The notes under the pieces: generated by a model | The model's input: only the letters and a program-made list of their open reading frames with translations | Databases searched by the model: none | What the model was told of the DNA's origin: nothing | Shown here: piece by piece, positions 45,806 through 57,344 of the stretch | Layout of the letters: every line of letters begins with the position of its first letter | Position numbering within the stretch: the first letter of the stretch is position 1 | Made by a program: the position numbers and the translations under genes | Virus record (IMG/VR): IMGVR_UViG_3300023184_000027 | Coordinates: 62,001 to 126,000 of that record | Length of the DNA stretch: 64,000 nucleotides | Strand: one strand, 5' to 3'

Positions 45806-46636
45806 TTAAGGATTAACATATTCATACCATTTTATGGAACTAGTCGTTCCCACTCTAACATCATTATCATTAATGTCTTTATCAAAAACTTGATATGTTT
45901 TTTTATCTAAATTTAATTTTACTTTATAATAAAAATTTGAATCACTAAATTGAAATAGGGTTGGCGTCAACAATATTTGGGGAGTTTTACTCATTTTAAC
46001 ATAAACACCCAATCTAGCATCAAAGAATTTTGCACTCATATAAAAAGTGTCTATATCTATAAAATCTTTTTTTCTTAACCAATATATAAAAAACCCTTCT
46101 TTATCACCCACAAAATCTAATGTGTATGACGGTATTTTTATATTAACATTTGGAATGTATTGTGAAATACTAACTGATTCAGTCGCTCCCTGTTGGACAG
46201 GGATAATTATTGTAAAATAATTTGTTTGAGATTTTCCTTCGGTTGTATCGTAAAAATCCAATTTAAAAAATGATTTGGTAAATGGTTTTTCATAATAGTA
46301 TACTTCCGATTTTGTGAATCCTTCGGGTATATAACTAGTTACCCAATCATTAGTTGTTGAGGCCGTTACTTGTGTTGAAGGATTAGTTGGAACACCCCCA
46401 TCAACACTAAAAAAATGAAAATCATATTTAATATCTGTCTTTGTATTTTCAAGATATGGCTCATGACTAAACCTAAACACCTCAAAATCGTAAGCGGTTC
46501 CAATAATTTCCTCAATAACCTCATGCTCATATATCTCAATACTATCGTCTCTACCATAAAAGTCCCATTTTAACTCTATTGGTAAATCAATATACTTGTC
46601 GGTTGCCGGTAAAACAAATTTAAATTTATTACTCAC
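45806..46636 (-). CDS. Putative structural protein
   Basis: 276-aa aromatic, beta-rich ORF in the tail region. Confidence 0.65.
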   Translation of the reverse strand: MSNKFKFVLPATDKYIDLPIELKWDFYGRDDSIEIYEHEVIEEIIGTAYDFEVFRFSHEPYLENTKTDIKYDFHFFSVDGGVPTNPSTQVTASTTNDWVTSYIPEGFTKSEVYYYEKPFTKSFFKLDFYDTTEGKSQTNYFTIIIPVQQGATESVSISQYIPNVNIKIPSYTLDFVGDKEGFFIYWLRKKDFIDIDTFYMSAKFFDARLGVYVKMSKTPQILLTPTLFQFSDSNFYYKVKLNLDKKTYQVFDKDINDNDVRVGTTSSIKWYEYVNP

Positions 46637-48431
46637 AATTATCTATTATTGGTTCAGCTACTATTGTCTGTTCATTATAATTAGTACCCTCCGGTATTAT
46701 TCTAAAAATTATATTCTTATATGGGTAATGAACACCATTTAAGAAAGGATAATCAACACCATTTCCTTTAGGGTCAATATAACCATAAGTGTATTTATCT
46801 CTCCATATAAATCTACCCTTACTTTCCGAGTAATAAGAATAGTATGGAATATCAGCAACATTTATTTTATCACCCTCCTCAATGTAATCAGAATATTCAC
46901 TTATCGTAATACTATTGTGGGCTTGGTAATAATAACCATAAGGGTTATTTTTACTCATCATTACACCATTTGGTGATGGTGTTCCAACACTAAAAACCTC
47001 CGAATTATAGGTAATCTTATGATATAGATTAGATATGATTCTTTCTTTTTGTTCATAGTCATTCCATTCACAATAATCACCATCTAATGTATCTCCTAAT
47101 TTTAATGTTTCAACATATGTAAAATCTATTGGATTACCGTTTAATTTTAAACCTAAAGGCGTGTTATAAGTATTTAAAGGAAAATTAGTGTTAGAATCAA
47201 GATTACCATCTCTCCACCAAAAAGTAGGTAATTTATCCGTTGGGTCTAATGGTAAGTTAAATCCATACCCTTGTTTCATACCATACATCCCTAATGAACC
47301 TCTTCTACCAAACATTAAACCAAAATACCCTTTCCAAATTGTTGTAAAAAATAATTCACTTATTGGTCTTTTTTGATTATCTCTGAGAGGATTAATATCA
47401 ATATCTGTATTAAAAGATAATGTATATGATTGTGAACCTTCTTTTATCGAAACTCTAGCCGTGTGATTTGGCGTACTCCCACTACTTTCAAACTTTTTAT
47501 TAACACCAAATATGTTTTGGTCAAACCCCGCATTAGCCAATACCGCATCATTAGCATTTGTTAATATCTTATGTCTTCTAACATAATATTTTGAAATCGT
47601 TTCATTTGGTATTAAATTATTAACAATTCGTTTAAATGTTCCCTCAACATTATCATCAAAAGTTGTCCCCGTAAACCCAACATTAAAAATATTAAAAATA
47701 AACAAATCACTATTTGATTTACCATCACCTAATGTATAGACCTCAAAAGTATCTATAGTATTATAAGAAAAATTTAATTTAACAAATTCACCAACATTTA
47801 GTCCGTGTTTTACCGGACATCTAAATGATATTATGTTTAAACCATTTATTGTTGAGTTTTCAATAATAAATGGTATCCCATCGGATGCTGTCCAATCTAA
47901 AGTTTCCGTCGTTTTACTTTCTATAGCCTGAAGTTTTTTATTATAAACATTTTCAAATGGATAACTAACAAAAAAATTCCAATTATAGGTTGACGCACTT
48001 TTATTAACAAAAGTTAAATGATTATTAGGTGGTTGAGTATAACCACTAACATTATAATCACTTCTAATAAAATCAAACTCGTGATATTGGGGAAATCCTG
48101 ACCATGGAATATTTGGGTTAACTGGACAATTATTTAGAGCGGCCTGTTTTTCATTCACATAAACTAAATTATTCTCTAATGGTGTGTAATTTGTTAAACC
48201 AGTGTATGAATTTTCAAATAAAACTGAAAATTTACAAGACGGTCTAAATATGTTAGATTTTTGTCTTTCATCATCAAAAACTTGTTCTAAAGAAATATCA
48301 ATATTTCTATCAAATTCAATATTTTCTTTACTTGTTTGAATTAAAGGGACATTAAACATCAAATTAGTATTTGACGCTGTTTTATATCTTAACGACCCTA
48401 AAACTACTCTTGTATCAATTCTATTACCCAT
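46629..48431 (-). CDS. Putative structural protein
   Basis: 600-aa ORF in the tail region. Confidence 0.65.
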   Translation of the reverse strand: MGNRIDTRVVLGSLRYKTASNTNLMFNVPLIQTSKENIEFDRNIDISLEQVFDDERQKSNIFRPSCKFSVLFENSYTGLTNYTPLENNLVYVNEKQAALNNCPVNPNIPWSGFPQYHEFDFIRSDYNVSGYTQPPNNHLTFVNKSASTYNWNFFVSYPFENVYNKKLQAIESKTTETLDWTASDGIPFIIENSTINGLNIISFRCPVKHGLNVGEFVKLNFSYNTIDTFEVYTLGDGKSNSDLFIFNIFNVGFTGTTFDDNVEGTFKRIVNNLIPNETISKYYVRRHKILTNANDAVLANAGFDQNIFGVNKKFESSGSTPNHTARVSIKEGSQSYTLSFNTDIDINPLRDNQKRPISELFFTTIWKGYFGLMFGRRGSLGMYGMKQGYGFNLPLDPTDKLPTFWWRDGNLDSNTNFPLNTYNTPLGLKLNGNPIDFTYVETLKLGDTLDGDYCEWNDYEQKERIISNLYHKITYNSEVFSVGTPSPNGVMMSKNNPYGYYYQAHNSITISEYSDYIEEGDKINVADIPYYSYYSESKGRFIWRDKYTYGYIDPKGNGVDYPFLNGVHYPYKNIIFRIIPEGTNYNEQTIVAEPIIDNCE

Positions 48432-48433
48432 AA

Positions 48434-51400
48434 TTAATCAATAAATGTTGTGGTATCAATCCATTTAGTGGTAAACCTATCAAAAGCCGATTTACCTTTC
48501 TTTAAACCAAAATAAAAATGAAAAGGTGAACCCACAGTTACTGATTCAGACACAGGGTTATTTTGTTCCCAATTACCAAACGATTCGTCTATTTGACCTG
48601 AACCATTAACCGCATAAATATGACCTTTATAATAATTAGTTTGTGATTGATTATTTTGAGTACCTCTAAAATATCTAGAGGACTTCTCTAACCTATCTAA
48701 TGATTGATACTTTAACGATAAAAACCCACCATTAATAATCGGGTTGGTATTCCAATTATTATCTTGACCACCAAATATACTATCTTGTCCATTTATATCC
48801 CATTGGTAAAATGGTACTGATTGACTAAAAACATCAAAATAACTAAGACCACAAGGCGATAAATTAGGTTGTGTAGAATCTATTATAGTTCTTTTTGGTG
48901 TTATAAAATCTCTCACTTGGGTATTTGAAGAAAAGAAAATACCAATAACCGCATTACTCGCTGAAAATCCATTCCAATAAACAGGGTTTTGTTGTCCTGG
49001 TGGTGAATCGGGATAATCCATTGATTCAAAAGCGTTAACACCTAATTCTGAATTTATAGAAATTAACTGAGAATAATCACCATCTACTTTATATTTTGAC
49101 CTACTAAAATATTTGAGTATATTTGCACCTACTAACGCTTGTAACATTTGAGTAATAAAACTTTGATTAATTAATCGACTAATAATTAAAAGATTTAAAA
49201 TTTCAATAACATCACCATACGTTGTTGAATTTAAATTTTTCATAACATACCCGTCATAGTTATCTGACATATTAATTTCTTGTAAAAAAACACTTCTAGG
49301 CCCTAAATCTATAATTGTGGTTGGGTTTAATAAATAATTATTATTATCCCCACTTGTTGATGAACCTCTACCTTTACCGATAAAATATCCAGAATTAATT
49401 AATGAACTATTATCCTTATATGGGCTACATCTATAGTAAAAATTATTTGTTGGGTGTAATACTAATGTATTTGTACAATACTCCGAATTAGCAGTGTTTG
49501 GTTGATTACCAGTCGGACTATTAAATGTAACATTGTTTGTGAACGAATAAGCATATAAACTACCGTTTATCCAATTATTAGCAAATGTATGAGACCAAAC
49601 ATTTCTACAAGCACCTAAATTTATACTACTTCTAGATATCCACTCCGTTAATAACCCAATATCTCTACCTAAAGAAATGAATATTGTTGTTACCACAATA
49701 TAACAACCACCTTTAAAAATTCTTTTCCCATTAAATTCCTCACACCCACCATGATTTATTTGAATATTCCCATTACCGTCATCCCCATAACAATCCAAAG
49801 GTACTGAATCAACACAACTGAATGAATCAATAACTGCACTAGTAAAATTTGTTGTTCCTTGGGCAATATCCTGTCCGTTCCCACTTGCGCCTGATGACGC
49901 AGAGGCCGTTTCACTAATAACACCCACAAGACCATCATCAGGTATATCATATATTGCAAAAGTTTCATTATGTTGTAAAACAAATCCATTACAACAACTT
50001 GATTGAACATAAGTTGATGTTGGTAATCTGTCAGACCTCATAACCATTTTTCTAGGGTTAGTCGGTGTTAATTTATATGTTAATGTATTACCAGTCATAT
50101 TATACACCGGAGAAAAATAATTACCCTTCCAATTATAATTTGTGGCATCAGTACCAGAAGATGTTGATGGATTATAAATCGTTAATCCCATATAAAATAA
50201 TGAACCTCCCTCAACAATTTCATTAACATAATAACCTCTATTAGTATTAGATGTTTGAGTATTTCCAAAAATGTTGGTGGTCCAAGAAGAAAATGTTCCA
50301 GAACCTAATTTAGCGGTTACATTAACCACTAAAACACCTGTTAAAGGTAAATAAGATACAACATCACCACTGAATTTGACCGAATTAGAATTTGTTATCA
50401 CTAAATTTTGACCTATCGTATAAGATAATCCTAAATAGGTGGTTAAAGATTGGTTCGTTCCCACCGTTAAAGTTGATACATTTATACTAGTCGTTGATTG
50501 ACCTATTTTTGGTAATGAATTCTGTGAAGAGTCATATACGTAACACCAATCCATACACGTTGATAACACGTTACGAGTACAAGCTGTTGTCTTAACATTC
50601 CATTCGTTGGTAAAATCATTACTTGATTTCACATTTAACCCATATGTTGGGTTCGTTTGAGCCCCTTTATTTATCTGAAGAGGGTCAGTTAACCCATTTG
50701 GTGGCGCATCACAAGTAGGTTGGAAATTAATTTGTCTATTATCTAATGATGAATAAAAACTCACCAAATTAGAATTAAAACTGGTAAAACCGGAAGACCC
50801 TAAATTAGGTGTAAATGTAAATGTATCATAATATAATTTATTTCCTGAATAACTATCTGTAGTTAGATTGTCAGGTATATCAGTTTTATTATGACTCACA
50901 TTTAAAAATTTTCCTTGTATTGGATAATTAATTTTATAATTACCATTAACTATTAATTTTGAGTCTTGACCCATAGGTTTCCCAAATAAAAGATTTAAAT
51001 CATATTGGATTGGAACTCTAGGTGAGTTAGGGTCTACACCTCTATTTAGTATTAAAATACATGATTTATCGTAATCTTTAATAAATTCAATTGGTTTTTT
51101 ATTTATTGGGAATTTTTCAGTCCCGTCTGTTTTAAAATCACCCTCAAAACAGTTTTCATCTAATGTTGGGCCACCATTAAATCTTTGAATATACATATCA
51201 TTACTTAAAAAACGACTAATAAATGAATTAGGCATTGTCGAACCACTATTGGATGTAAAATCCGAATACGTCATCCCCGTTATAATTTGGAAATATTCTA
51301 AATCTATTGGATAATTATAATAATCAGTTTGACCTGATTGAGTGAAAAATACATCATATTGTATTGGGATATTACCAGAACCGTTTGGGTTAGCGTATTC

Positions 51401-53971
51401 AAAATTAATTGTAGTGTTACCACTAATAGTTGTTCCTGTTATAGCATGATTACCAAACTGATTCCCATCAACATTAGTATACCCACTAAATAAATTAATA
51501 TCTTTAGTTAAATAAGGGTTTTGAAATGTCACTATTTGTCCCGGAGTTAAATTATTGAATGTAGATTTATCACATATAATAACTACTGCATTATCAAAAT
51601 GTGATTTTGGGTTGTTACCCCCATTTTTACTAGGTTCAATACTTACTTTAATTCTATTAACACCCCCACCAGGATTATTAGGTGATTTATCAAAATATTT
51701 CGCCTTAGTATTAAATAAATTAATTCTTTCCGCCAAAGTTAAACTAGACGTAAACACATAATCAGTTTCTTGACCACCACCACCAGCATCATAAGAAATT
51801 GCATTTACAACAGGAAGTCCGGCACTATTGTCATTTTGACCTGATGGAACATTCCCCGTAAATATTGACACAACAGCATTTTTTGTACTTGCGCTAACAT
51901 TATTACCCGGGATTTTATATATCATACTACTCACCTTTAAAGGTAATGAAGATGAACTCAACAAATTTGATGGTGTATCATCTAAGTATATATAAGGACA
52001 AGGGATTTCATCCGAATTACTATTAACATCTTTAGCAGCCTCTTTAATTTCATCAGACGCTGTTCCATCTGAACCAGGGTCGTTACCAACGGAACAATCA
52101 CATAAATCACAATCAGGGTAAGTTAATAATGGTAATGAAATCCCTTTTAAATTCATTTTCCATAACTCCCTTAAAAACACAACTAAAAGAGTTATGATTA
52201 TTATATATTGAGCAATTTCCAATAAAAACCCAACAATTAATCCTAAAGCGTATGGAACAGTACCCGCAATTTCAATACCAAGTATAACAATCATTACCGT
52301 AAAATAAGTGATTGCTGCCGGCACAATAATAACTCTTAATAAATAAACTAAAAAATATAAAATATGTGTAACAATTAATAAAACATATAAGATAGGTCTA
52401 AAAACCATCATTAAAAATGAATACAAAATATAGATAATGTCAAATCTCATATTAGAATCGTTTGTTGGGAATTTATTATTCTCACTCTCACAACTTTCAT
52501 CAAGAATATTCTTTATACCTATAAATCTATCAGGCGATATTCCCTGTCTGTATTTATCCATTAATTGAGAAACCGTATAAACTTTATTATATCGCATAAT
52601 ATAAAATTTATCGTCACAGTTAATCGCTTCTTGTATCATATTACGACCAATATCCTCATTTGAACCCGTTGTTGACCCAGTATATCCGTAATCCGCCCAA
52701 TCTAAACTAAATGCGTATGATTTCATCGCCAAATCATAAGGGGTATTAACACTTCTATTACCACTAATTAAAGGGTCGCTTCCACTTGTTGACCAACCGT
52801 GTTCTTTAATATTTGGTAATAAAAAATAACCTCTTTTTACTCTTTCCGATAAGGATGGTGATTGAGACCATTTAACTTTAAAACGATATTTACCTTTGGT
52901 TGGTATACCTTTTTTAGGGTCGTTCGACAATACTTGTTCACCAAATTCATTAGTTACATAATAATCTAAATTCATCGGGACATCCAACAACCACGTCCCA
53001 TTTTCATCAATAACTTTACCCCCCGATTCTAAATCAACCGATTCTAACACCGGTCTTCCATCACTATCTTGGAAAATGGTTTGTCGTATCGCCAATATTT
53101 CACCAGGACCTGTTGTTAACCCACATAAATAACCACCTTTACCTCTTACTTTACAATTTCTTTTTATTGCCGCATCATCATTTGTTGATATAATAGAGCC
53201 CATAAAAATTGCTGTGGGAGTTATATCAATACCCGATTCTGAAGATAAATCAAAATCTGTTCTAGTTATACCCAAATTACATATTTCAGGTTGACCCCAC
53301 AATGGTTCAACTTGCACAACTCTATTTATTGTTATTAATTGAGGTAATTCCCTTAAATTACTTGAGGATTTAAATGATGTTCCAGCAACTTGGGAAGGCG
53401 TCGCTATTCCCATTCTAATTAAATCTTGAGGTGATAATGAAAATTCTCCAATATCCGATAAATCAATGTCTACCACAATTGTTTGACTCCCTATTGGAAG
53501 TCCGAATATCATATAATCACCGCTAGAATTTGTTACAGTAGAATATTTATAATATTTATCATAAACTTTAATTAGAGGGGGGTCAACTAAAACATCTTTT
53601 CTTGTAAAAAATGTTCCTGTTGGTATGTGAGCACTATAGGAAGGTTTATATGGTAATAAATTATATCTATAACCATCTTCATTTAAATCGGTTAATGTTT
53701 TATATGGATATATTTCAGAAATTTCTTGGTCCAATTCATCAACACTATCTAAAGGTATAAAAACAGATACTTTAGCATTTGGAATACCAAAACCATTATT
53801 AACACTTACTCTACCAACAAGCACACCATAATCCGAACATTGTCTTGTATAAATTTGACTTTGTAATATTTTTAGAGATAATATTTCTAAATACTCAAAT
53901 TCTTGGTCTATTAAAATTTTTACAGATTTATCAACTCCAGGTTCTGTTCTTATTCTATATGTGTTTGACAT
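48434..53971 (-). CDS. 1845-aa tail/baseplate-associated protein with an internal multi-TM segment
   Basis: N-terminal GVLVGRVSVNNGFGIPNAKVSVF resembles a carboxypeptidase-regulatory/transthyretin-like fold; ~95-aa hydrophobic block; fibre-type module at ~50262-50507. Confidence 0.75.
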   Translation of the reverse strand: MSNTYRIRTEPGVDKSVKILIDQEFEYLEILSLKILQSQIYTRQCSDYGVLVGRVSVNNGFGIPNAKVSVFIPLDSVDELDQEISEIYPYKTLTDLNEDGYRYNLLPYKPSYSAHIPTGTFFTRKDVLVDPPLIKVYDKYYKYSTVTNSSGDYMIFGLPIGSQTIVVDIDLSDIGEFSLSPQDLIRMGIATPSQVAGTSFKSSSNLRELPQLITINRVVQVEPLWGQPEICNLGITRTDFDLSSESGIDITPTAIFMGSIISTNDDAAIKRNCKVRGKGGYLCGLTTGPGEILAIRQTIFQDSDGRPVLESVDLESGGKVIDENGTWLLDVPMNLDYYVTNEFGEQVLSNDPKKGIPTKGKYRFKVKWSQSPSLSERVKRGYFLLPNIKEHGWSTSGSDPLISGNRSVNTPYDLAMKSYAFSLDWADYGYTGSTTGSNEDIGRNMIQEAINCDDKFYIMRYNKVYTVSQLMDKYRQGISPDRFIGIKNILDESCESENNKFPTNDSNMRFDIIYILYSFLMMVFRPILYVLLIVTHILYFLVYLLRVIIVPAAITYFTVMIVILGIEIAGTVPYALGLIVGFLLEIAQYIIIITLLVVFLRELWKMNLKGISLPLLTYPDCDLCDCSVGNDPGSDGTASDEIKEAAKDVNSNSDEIPCPYIYLDDTPSNLLSSSSLPLKVSSMIYKIPGNNVSASTKNAVVSIFTGNVPSGQNDNSAGLPVVNAISYDAGGGGQETDYVFTSSLTLAERINLFNTKAKYFDKSPNNPGGGVNRIKVSIEPSKNGGNNPKSHFDNAVVIICDKSTFNNLTPGQIVTFQNPYLTKDINLFSGYTNVDGNQFGNHAITGTTISGNTTINFEYANPNGSGNIPIQYDVFFTQSGQTDYYNYPIDLEYFQIITGMTYSDFTSNSGSTMPNSFISRFLSNDMYIQRFNGGPTLDENCFEGDFKTDGTEKFPINKKPIEFIKDYDKSCILILNRGVDPNSPRVPIQYDLNLLFGKPMGQDSKLIVNGNYKINYPIQGKFLNVSHNKTDIPDNLTTDSYSGNKLYYDTFTFTPNLGSSGFTSFNSNLVSFYSSLDNRQINFQPTCDAPPNGLTDPLQINKGAQTNPTYGLNVKSSNDFTNEWNVKTTACTRNVLSTCMDWCYVYDSSQNSLPKIGQSTTSINVSTLTVGTNQSLTTYLGLSYTIGQNLVITNSNSVKFSGDVVSYLPLTGVLVVNVTAKLGSGTFSSWTTNIFGNTQTSNTNRGYYVNEIVEGGSLFYMGLTIYNPSTSSGTDATNYNWKGNYFSPVYNMTGNTLTYKLTPTNPRKMVMRSDRLPTSTYVQSSCCNGFVLQHNETFAIYDIPDDGLVGVISETASASSGASGNGQDIAQGTTNFTSAVIDSFSCVDSVPLDCYGDDGNGNIQINHGGCEEFNGKRIFKGGCYIVVTTIFISLGRDIGLLTEWISRSSINLGACRNVWSHTFANNWINGSLYAYSFTNNVTFNSPTGNQPNTANSEYCTNTLVLHPTNNFYYRCSPYKDNSSLINSGYFIGKGRGSSTSGDNNNYLLNPTTIIDLGPRSVFLQEINMSDNYDGYVMKNLNSTTYGDVIEILNLLIISRLINQSFITQMLQALVGANILKYFSRSKYKVDGDYSQLISINSELGVNAFESMDYPDSPPGQQNPVYWNGFSASNAVIGIFFSSNTQVRDFITPKRTIIDSTQPNLSPCGLSYFDVFSQSVPFYQWDINGQDSIFGGQDNNWNTNPIINGGFLSLKYQSLDRLEKSSRYFRGTQNNQSQTNYYKGHIYAVNGSGQIDESFGNWEQNNPVSESVTVGSPFHFYFGLKKGKSAFDRFTTKWIDTTTFID

Positions 53972-54045
53972 ATTAATCTTTTTAAATAAATAGTTTATTT
54001 ACTATTTTAAAAAGATAATCCATTTTTTTTCAAAATAAATTGTGA

Positions 54046-54957
54046 TTAAAACTTATATTTTCTAACCAAATTAATCGGATTTTGATTATTTTCAACATAG
54101 TTTTTAATCAATTTATATAAAATAGGATATATTTCATTATCAATACTTGTATGTATTGTATTAGGGATTTCGATTGTTATATGGTTTTTATCAACTCTTA
54201 ATGGTTTTCCACCTGAATTAGTAAAAAATTTAAAATTATCCGTCCATTTTGGTGATGTAAAATTAATTAAATATTGGACGTTTTTTGGGAGTATATAATC
54301 AATATTATTATTTTTTTTATTTGCTGGGTCAAGTAGTATTACCATTTCAACAAAAATATTTTGTTTACTTAATCTATCAACCACTTGTAAAACATTATCC
54401 CCACCAATACTATGACCAACTAATATTATCTTACCATCAGGGTTTAATAACTTATAATAATAAATGTTTGTAAACACATCTTCAGTTGTTAGGTTCTCAC
54501 TATGAGAACCTACATATGTTAAAACTTGTGTGTTGTTTTTAAATTTATTTGATTTAATAAATCCTAACCCATTTTCATCTCTAGATTTTATAATATCAAC
54601 TTGAGTTTTGTTTTTTTCAATAAAATCTTTAAACGGACTATTAGCTCCTTGTACGACAATCACTAAATTGTCTGTAGTTTTTTTTACGTATTCTATCTTA
54701 TATTTTTTGGTTTCAAATTTTCTATCAACAATTTCCACACCAATTTCGTGACCAATAAGTTGGATTAATAGAAACACCATTATTGATGTCCTTAATCCAC
54801 TGTTTTTACCCTCTTTTATTATTTTTTTTAAATAATAAATTAATACCGGGACACCAACCCATATCCTAATATTTAAGATTATATTAATAACAATCCATTG
54901 AACCCAAGTTCCATTATTTCCTTTTATTGCGTCAAATAGTTCTATTAAATAATTCAT
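54046..54957 (-). CDS. Membrane-anchored alpha/beta hydrolase (lipase/esterase-like)
   Basis: IILVGHSIGG nucleophile elbow, ILLDP, C-terminal IHTSID His; N-terminal hydrophobic helices. Confidence 0.75.
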   Translation of the reverse strand: MNYLIELFDAIKGNNGTWVQWIVINIILNIRIWVGVPVLIYYLKKIIKEGKNSGLRTSIMVFLLIQLIGHEIGVEIVDRKFETKKYKIEYVKKTTDNLVIVVQGANSPFKDFIEKNKTQVDIIKSRDENGLGFIKSNKFKNNTQVLTYVGSHSENLTTEDVFTNIYYYKLLNPDGKIILVGHSIGGDNVLQVVDRLSKQNIFVEMVILLDPANKKNNNIDYILPKNVQYLINFTSPKWTDNFKFFTNSGGKPLRVDKNHITIEIPNTIHTSIDNEIYPILYKLIKNYVENNQNPINLVRKYKF

Positions 54958-54994
54958 TTAATAAAAATAATTGATTTTTTTTTAAAATAAATCT

Positions 54995-56833
54995 TTACGA
55001 AAAATTAACGGTTTTAAGATTTTTAACTCTAATGTTAATATCTTTACTAGGATATCTAACCTGATAAGTCTGTTTTGGTTCCGCAAAAATGGTGTCATCA
55101 ACCAATTCAATTTGTTTTGTTTCAGAATCAGAATATCTTTGAGATGTTTGAGATGAAGAATATTGACCTCCCATTTTATTAAAGAAAATTATGTCAGACA
55201 ATGATATTACACCATTCTCACTTTGAATTAATCGTCTTAATTCAGAAACATTAACATTTTCACCCATTTGTCTGTTAGTCGGTGCGAAGTAATCCGACAC
55301 AATATTTATCACTTTAGAAATTATAGCTCCTTGATTTTGTGTATTATCTAATACAATGTCAACATTAACCCCTAAATCAATAACATTAGCAACTTCAATA
55401 GAAATATAATCATTAATCATTCTATAGTTTGACAAATAGTTTGCCACATTATTTTTTAAAGTATTTGAGACAATTTCGGTAAGACTACCATTTTCGTCAT
55501 AAGATAACATTTGGATTTTTATCTTATTATTTTCTTCAGTTATAGAAACTTTTGCCGGAGCCCCAAATTGAGATGGCATCAATCTAATTAACGATTCATA
55601 ATCATTTATGGTTACCGCTCTATTTTGAGCAGCAAAATTATAAGTAACTAAATTTCTAACTTCTTCTGTTGTTGGGTAATTACCTCCTCCGATTGCCGCA
55701 GTAACATTCGTACATCTTAATGAATTAACAACACTAGTATTAACAGAATCTGAAGGTCCATTAACACTAAATGAAACATTACCAATTTGAGTAATAACAT
55801 TAACACCTAAATTAGAACCTGTTCCCCCACCAATTCTATATTGGATAAAGATTGTACTATTAGATTTAAGAGTACTACCTAACCCTAAATTGTTGGAGTA
55901 TTTGTTTAAGTTCATTTCGTACCCATTTCTCGCAAACTCCCTTAATTGTTCGTCAGCAGATTGACTACCTCCACCAAATGTGATTTTAAAAAAACCTTCT
56001 GGTGTATATTCTGATATAAACTTATCATTAGTTGACATATATTTACCAACTTTTATTCCCGGTTGGTCTGATACTTTAGTTGGGTCTTCAATAAAAACTC
56101 TATCCTGAGCCAACGCTTGTACTTCATACCATCTATCATCTAACCCTAAAAATTCTTGTGAGGATGGAATATTTGCGTATTGAGTACCATCTTTTAATAA
56201 AACACTCGTTACCCCCAAAACATTTTTTTCAGGTAAAAACATCTCAAAAAATGGTTTAACATCGTTTGAGGTTACAACTCTTTTGAACACTTTTGTAATA
56301 CCATTAACTATTGTTTCTCTTTTAGTTATTGTATAGTTCAATAATTTATTGTTTGAATCAAAATTTGGTATTTTTAATCTATTTGGATATCCATCAGCAT
56401 TTAATGGTGATGAAAAATCAATATCGTACACAGTTTCAAAAACTTGTCCAGCTCCAATCACTTGTGAACCTCTTCTTAATATACCACAATATCTTAAATC
56501 TTCTTTATCCCCATAAGCGGGAACTGTAATTGAGAAATCAACTAAAGCAACCGATGGTCGTTGACCCGGGACTTTTAACCCATAAGTTCTTGCAATATTA
56601 TAAATTGATGACCTCTGTTGAGCATATTGTAATACAGTCTCTTGGATACTTCTATCAATATTAAATTGTAAGTTATCCGTTACCGCAGCATTTAAATCAA
56701 TTAATACTGAAAATACAGAAGCATCATTAAAGTTTTCAATAGTATCCGGATAATAAGTTTTTGTAAAATTTATTAATTCCGTTCTGATTGATTGGAAGTC
56801 TCTTGTTGTGTATGAAATTTTCTTATTTGCCAT
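54995..56833 (-). CDS. Baseplate wedge subunit (T4 gp6 / baseplate J-like)
   Basis: RDFQSIRTEL, YNIARTYG, YRIGGGTGSN, AQNRAVTINDYE. Confidence 0.9.
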   Translation of the reverse strand: MANKKISYTTRDFQSIRTELINFTKTYYPDTIENFNDASVFSVLIDLNAAVTDNLQFNIDRSIQETVLQYAQQRSSIYNIARTYGLKVPGQRPSVALVDFSITVPAYGDKEDLRYCGILRRGSQVIGAGQVFETVYDIDFSSPLNADGYPNRLKIPNFDSNNKLLNYTITKRETIVNGITKVFKRVVTSNDVKPFFEMFLPEKNVLGVTSVLLKDGTQYANIPSSQEFLGLDDRWYEVQALAQDRVFIEDPTKVSDQPGIKVGKYMSTNDKFISEYTPEGFFKITFGGGSQSADEQLREFARNGYEMNLNKYSNNLGLGSTLKSNSTIFIQYRIGGGTGSNLGVNVITQIGNVSFSVNGPSDSVNTSVVNSLRCTNVTAAIGGGNYPTTEEVRNLVTYNFAAQNRAVTINDYESLIRLMPSQFGAPAKVSITEENNKIKIQMLSYDENGSLTEIVSNTLKNNVANYLSNYRMINDYISIEVANVIDLGVNVDIVLDNTQNQGAIISKVINIVSDYFAPTNRQMGENVNVSELRRLIQSENGVISLSDIIFFNKMGGQYSSSQTSQRYSDSETKQIELVDDTIFAEPKQTYQVRYPSKDINIRVKNLKTVNFS

Positions 56834-56839
56834 ATAACA

Positions 56840-57298
56840 TTAAATATTAATAATTACAAAATCTTTTTGATTAAATACATCATTGTTAAGTCTATAATCA
56901 ATTCTAACTTTAGCGGTATGTTCTTTAGTTCCTATACCAGGAACCCTATATACTCTATCATCATTACTATCAATATAAGTACCTTTATCTTCCTCACCTT
57001 CCGATGCGGCTGTAATACTAATATTGGTTATAGTGATATTAGGTATGTAATCTTCAACTGAAGACCTTATTTCTGCATCTATATCTGAAAATGTTGGACC
57101 ATCTAAAGGTTCAAAAATAAACTCATATAATCTAGTTCCAAAATCAGGTAAATAATATCTAGTGCCTTTTCTTGTCAATAATAAATGAACCAAACTACTT
57201 CTAATCTCTTGGTCATTATAATCAGAAAGGTCTAAATACTTACCGTCATACGAATCTCTAAAAGGAAAATTAATTCCATATGTTTTACCATCTGCCAT
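56840..57298 (-). CDS. Baseplate wedge protein GPW/gp25
   Basis: LVHLLLTRKGTRYYLPDFGTRLYEFIFEP. Start MADGKT at 57298, preceded by TATTTATA. Confidence 0.92.
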   Translation of the reverse strand: MADGKTYGINFPFRDSYDGKYLDLSDYNDQEIRSSLVHLLLTRKGTRYYLPDFGTRLYEFIFEPLDGPTFSDIDAEIRSSVEDYIPNITITNISITAASEGEEDKGTYIDSNDDRVYRVPGIGTKEHTAKVRIDYRLNNDVFNQKDFVIINI

Positions 57299-57344
57299 AA
57301 CTATAAATATAGTGCCACAATTATTTCTAATAAATACCCCAAAA

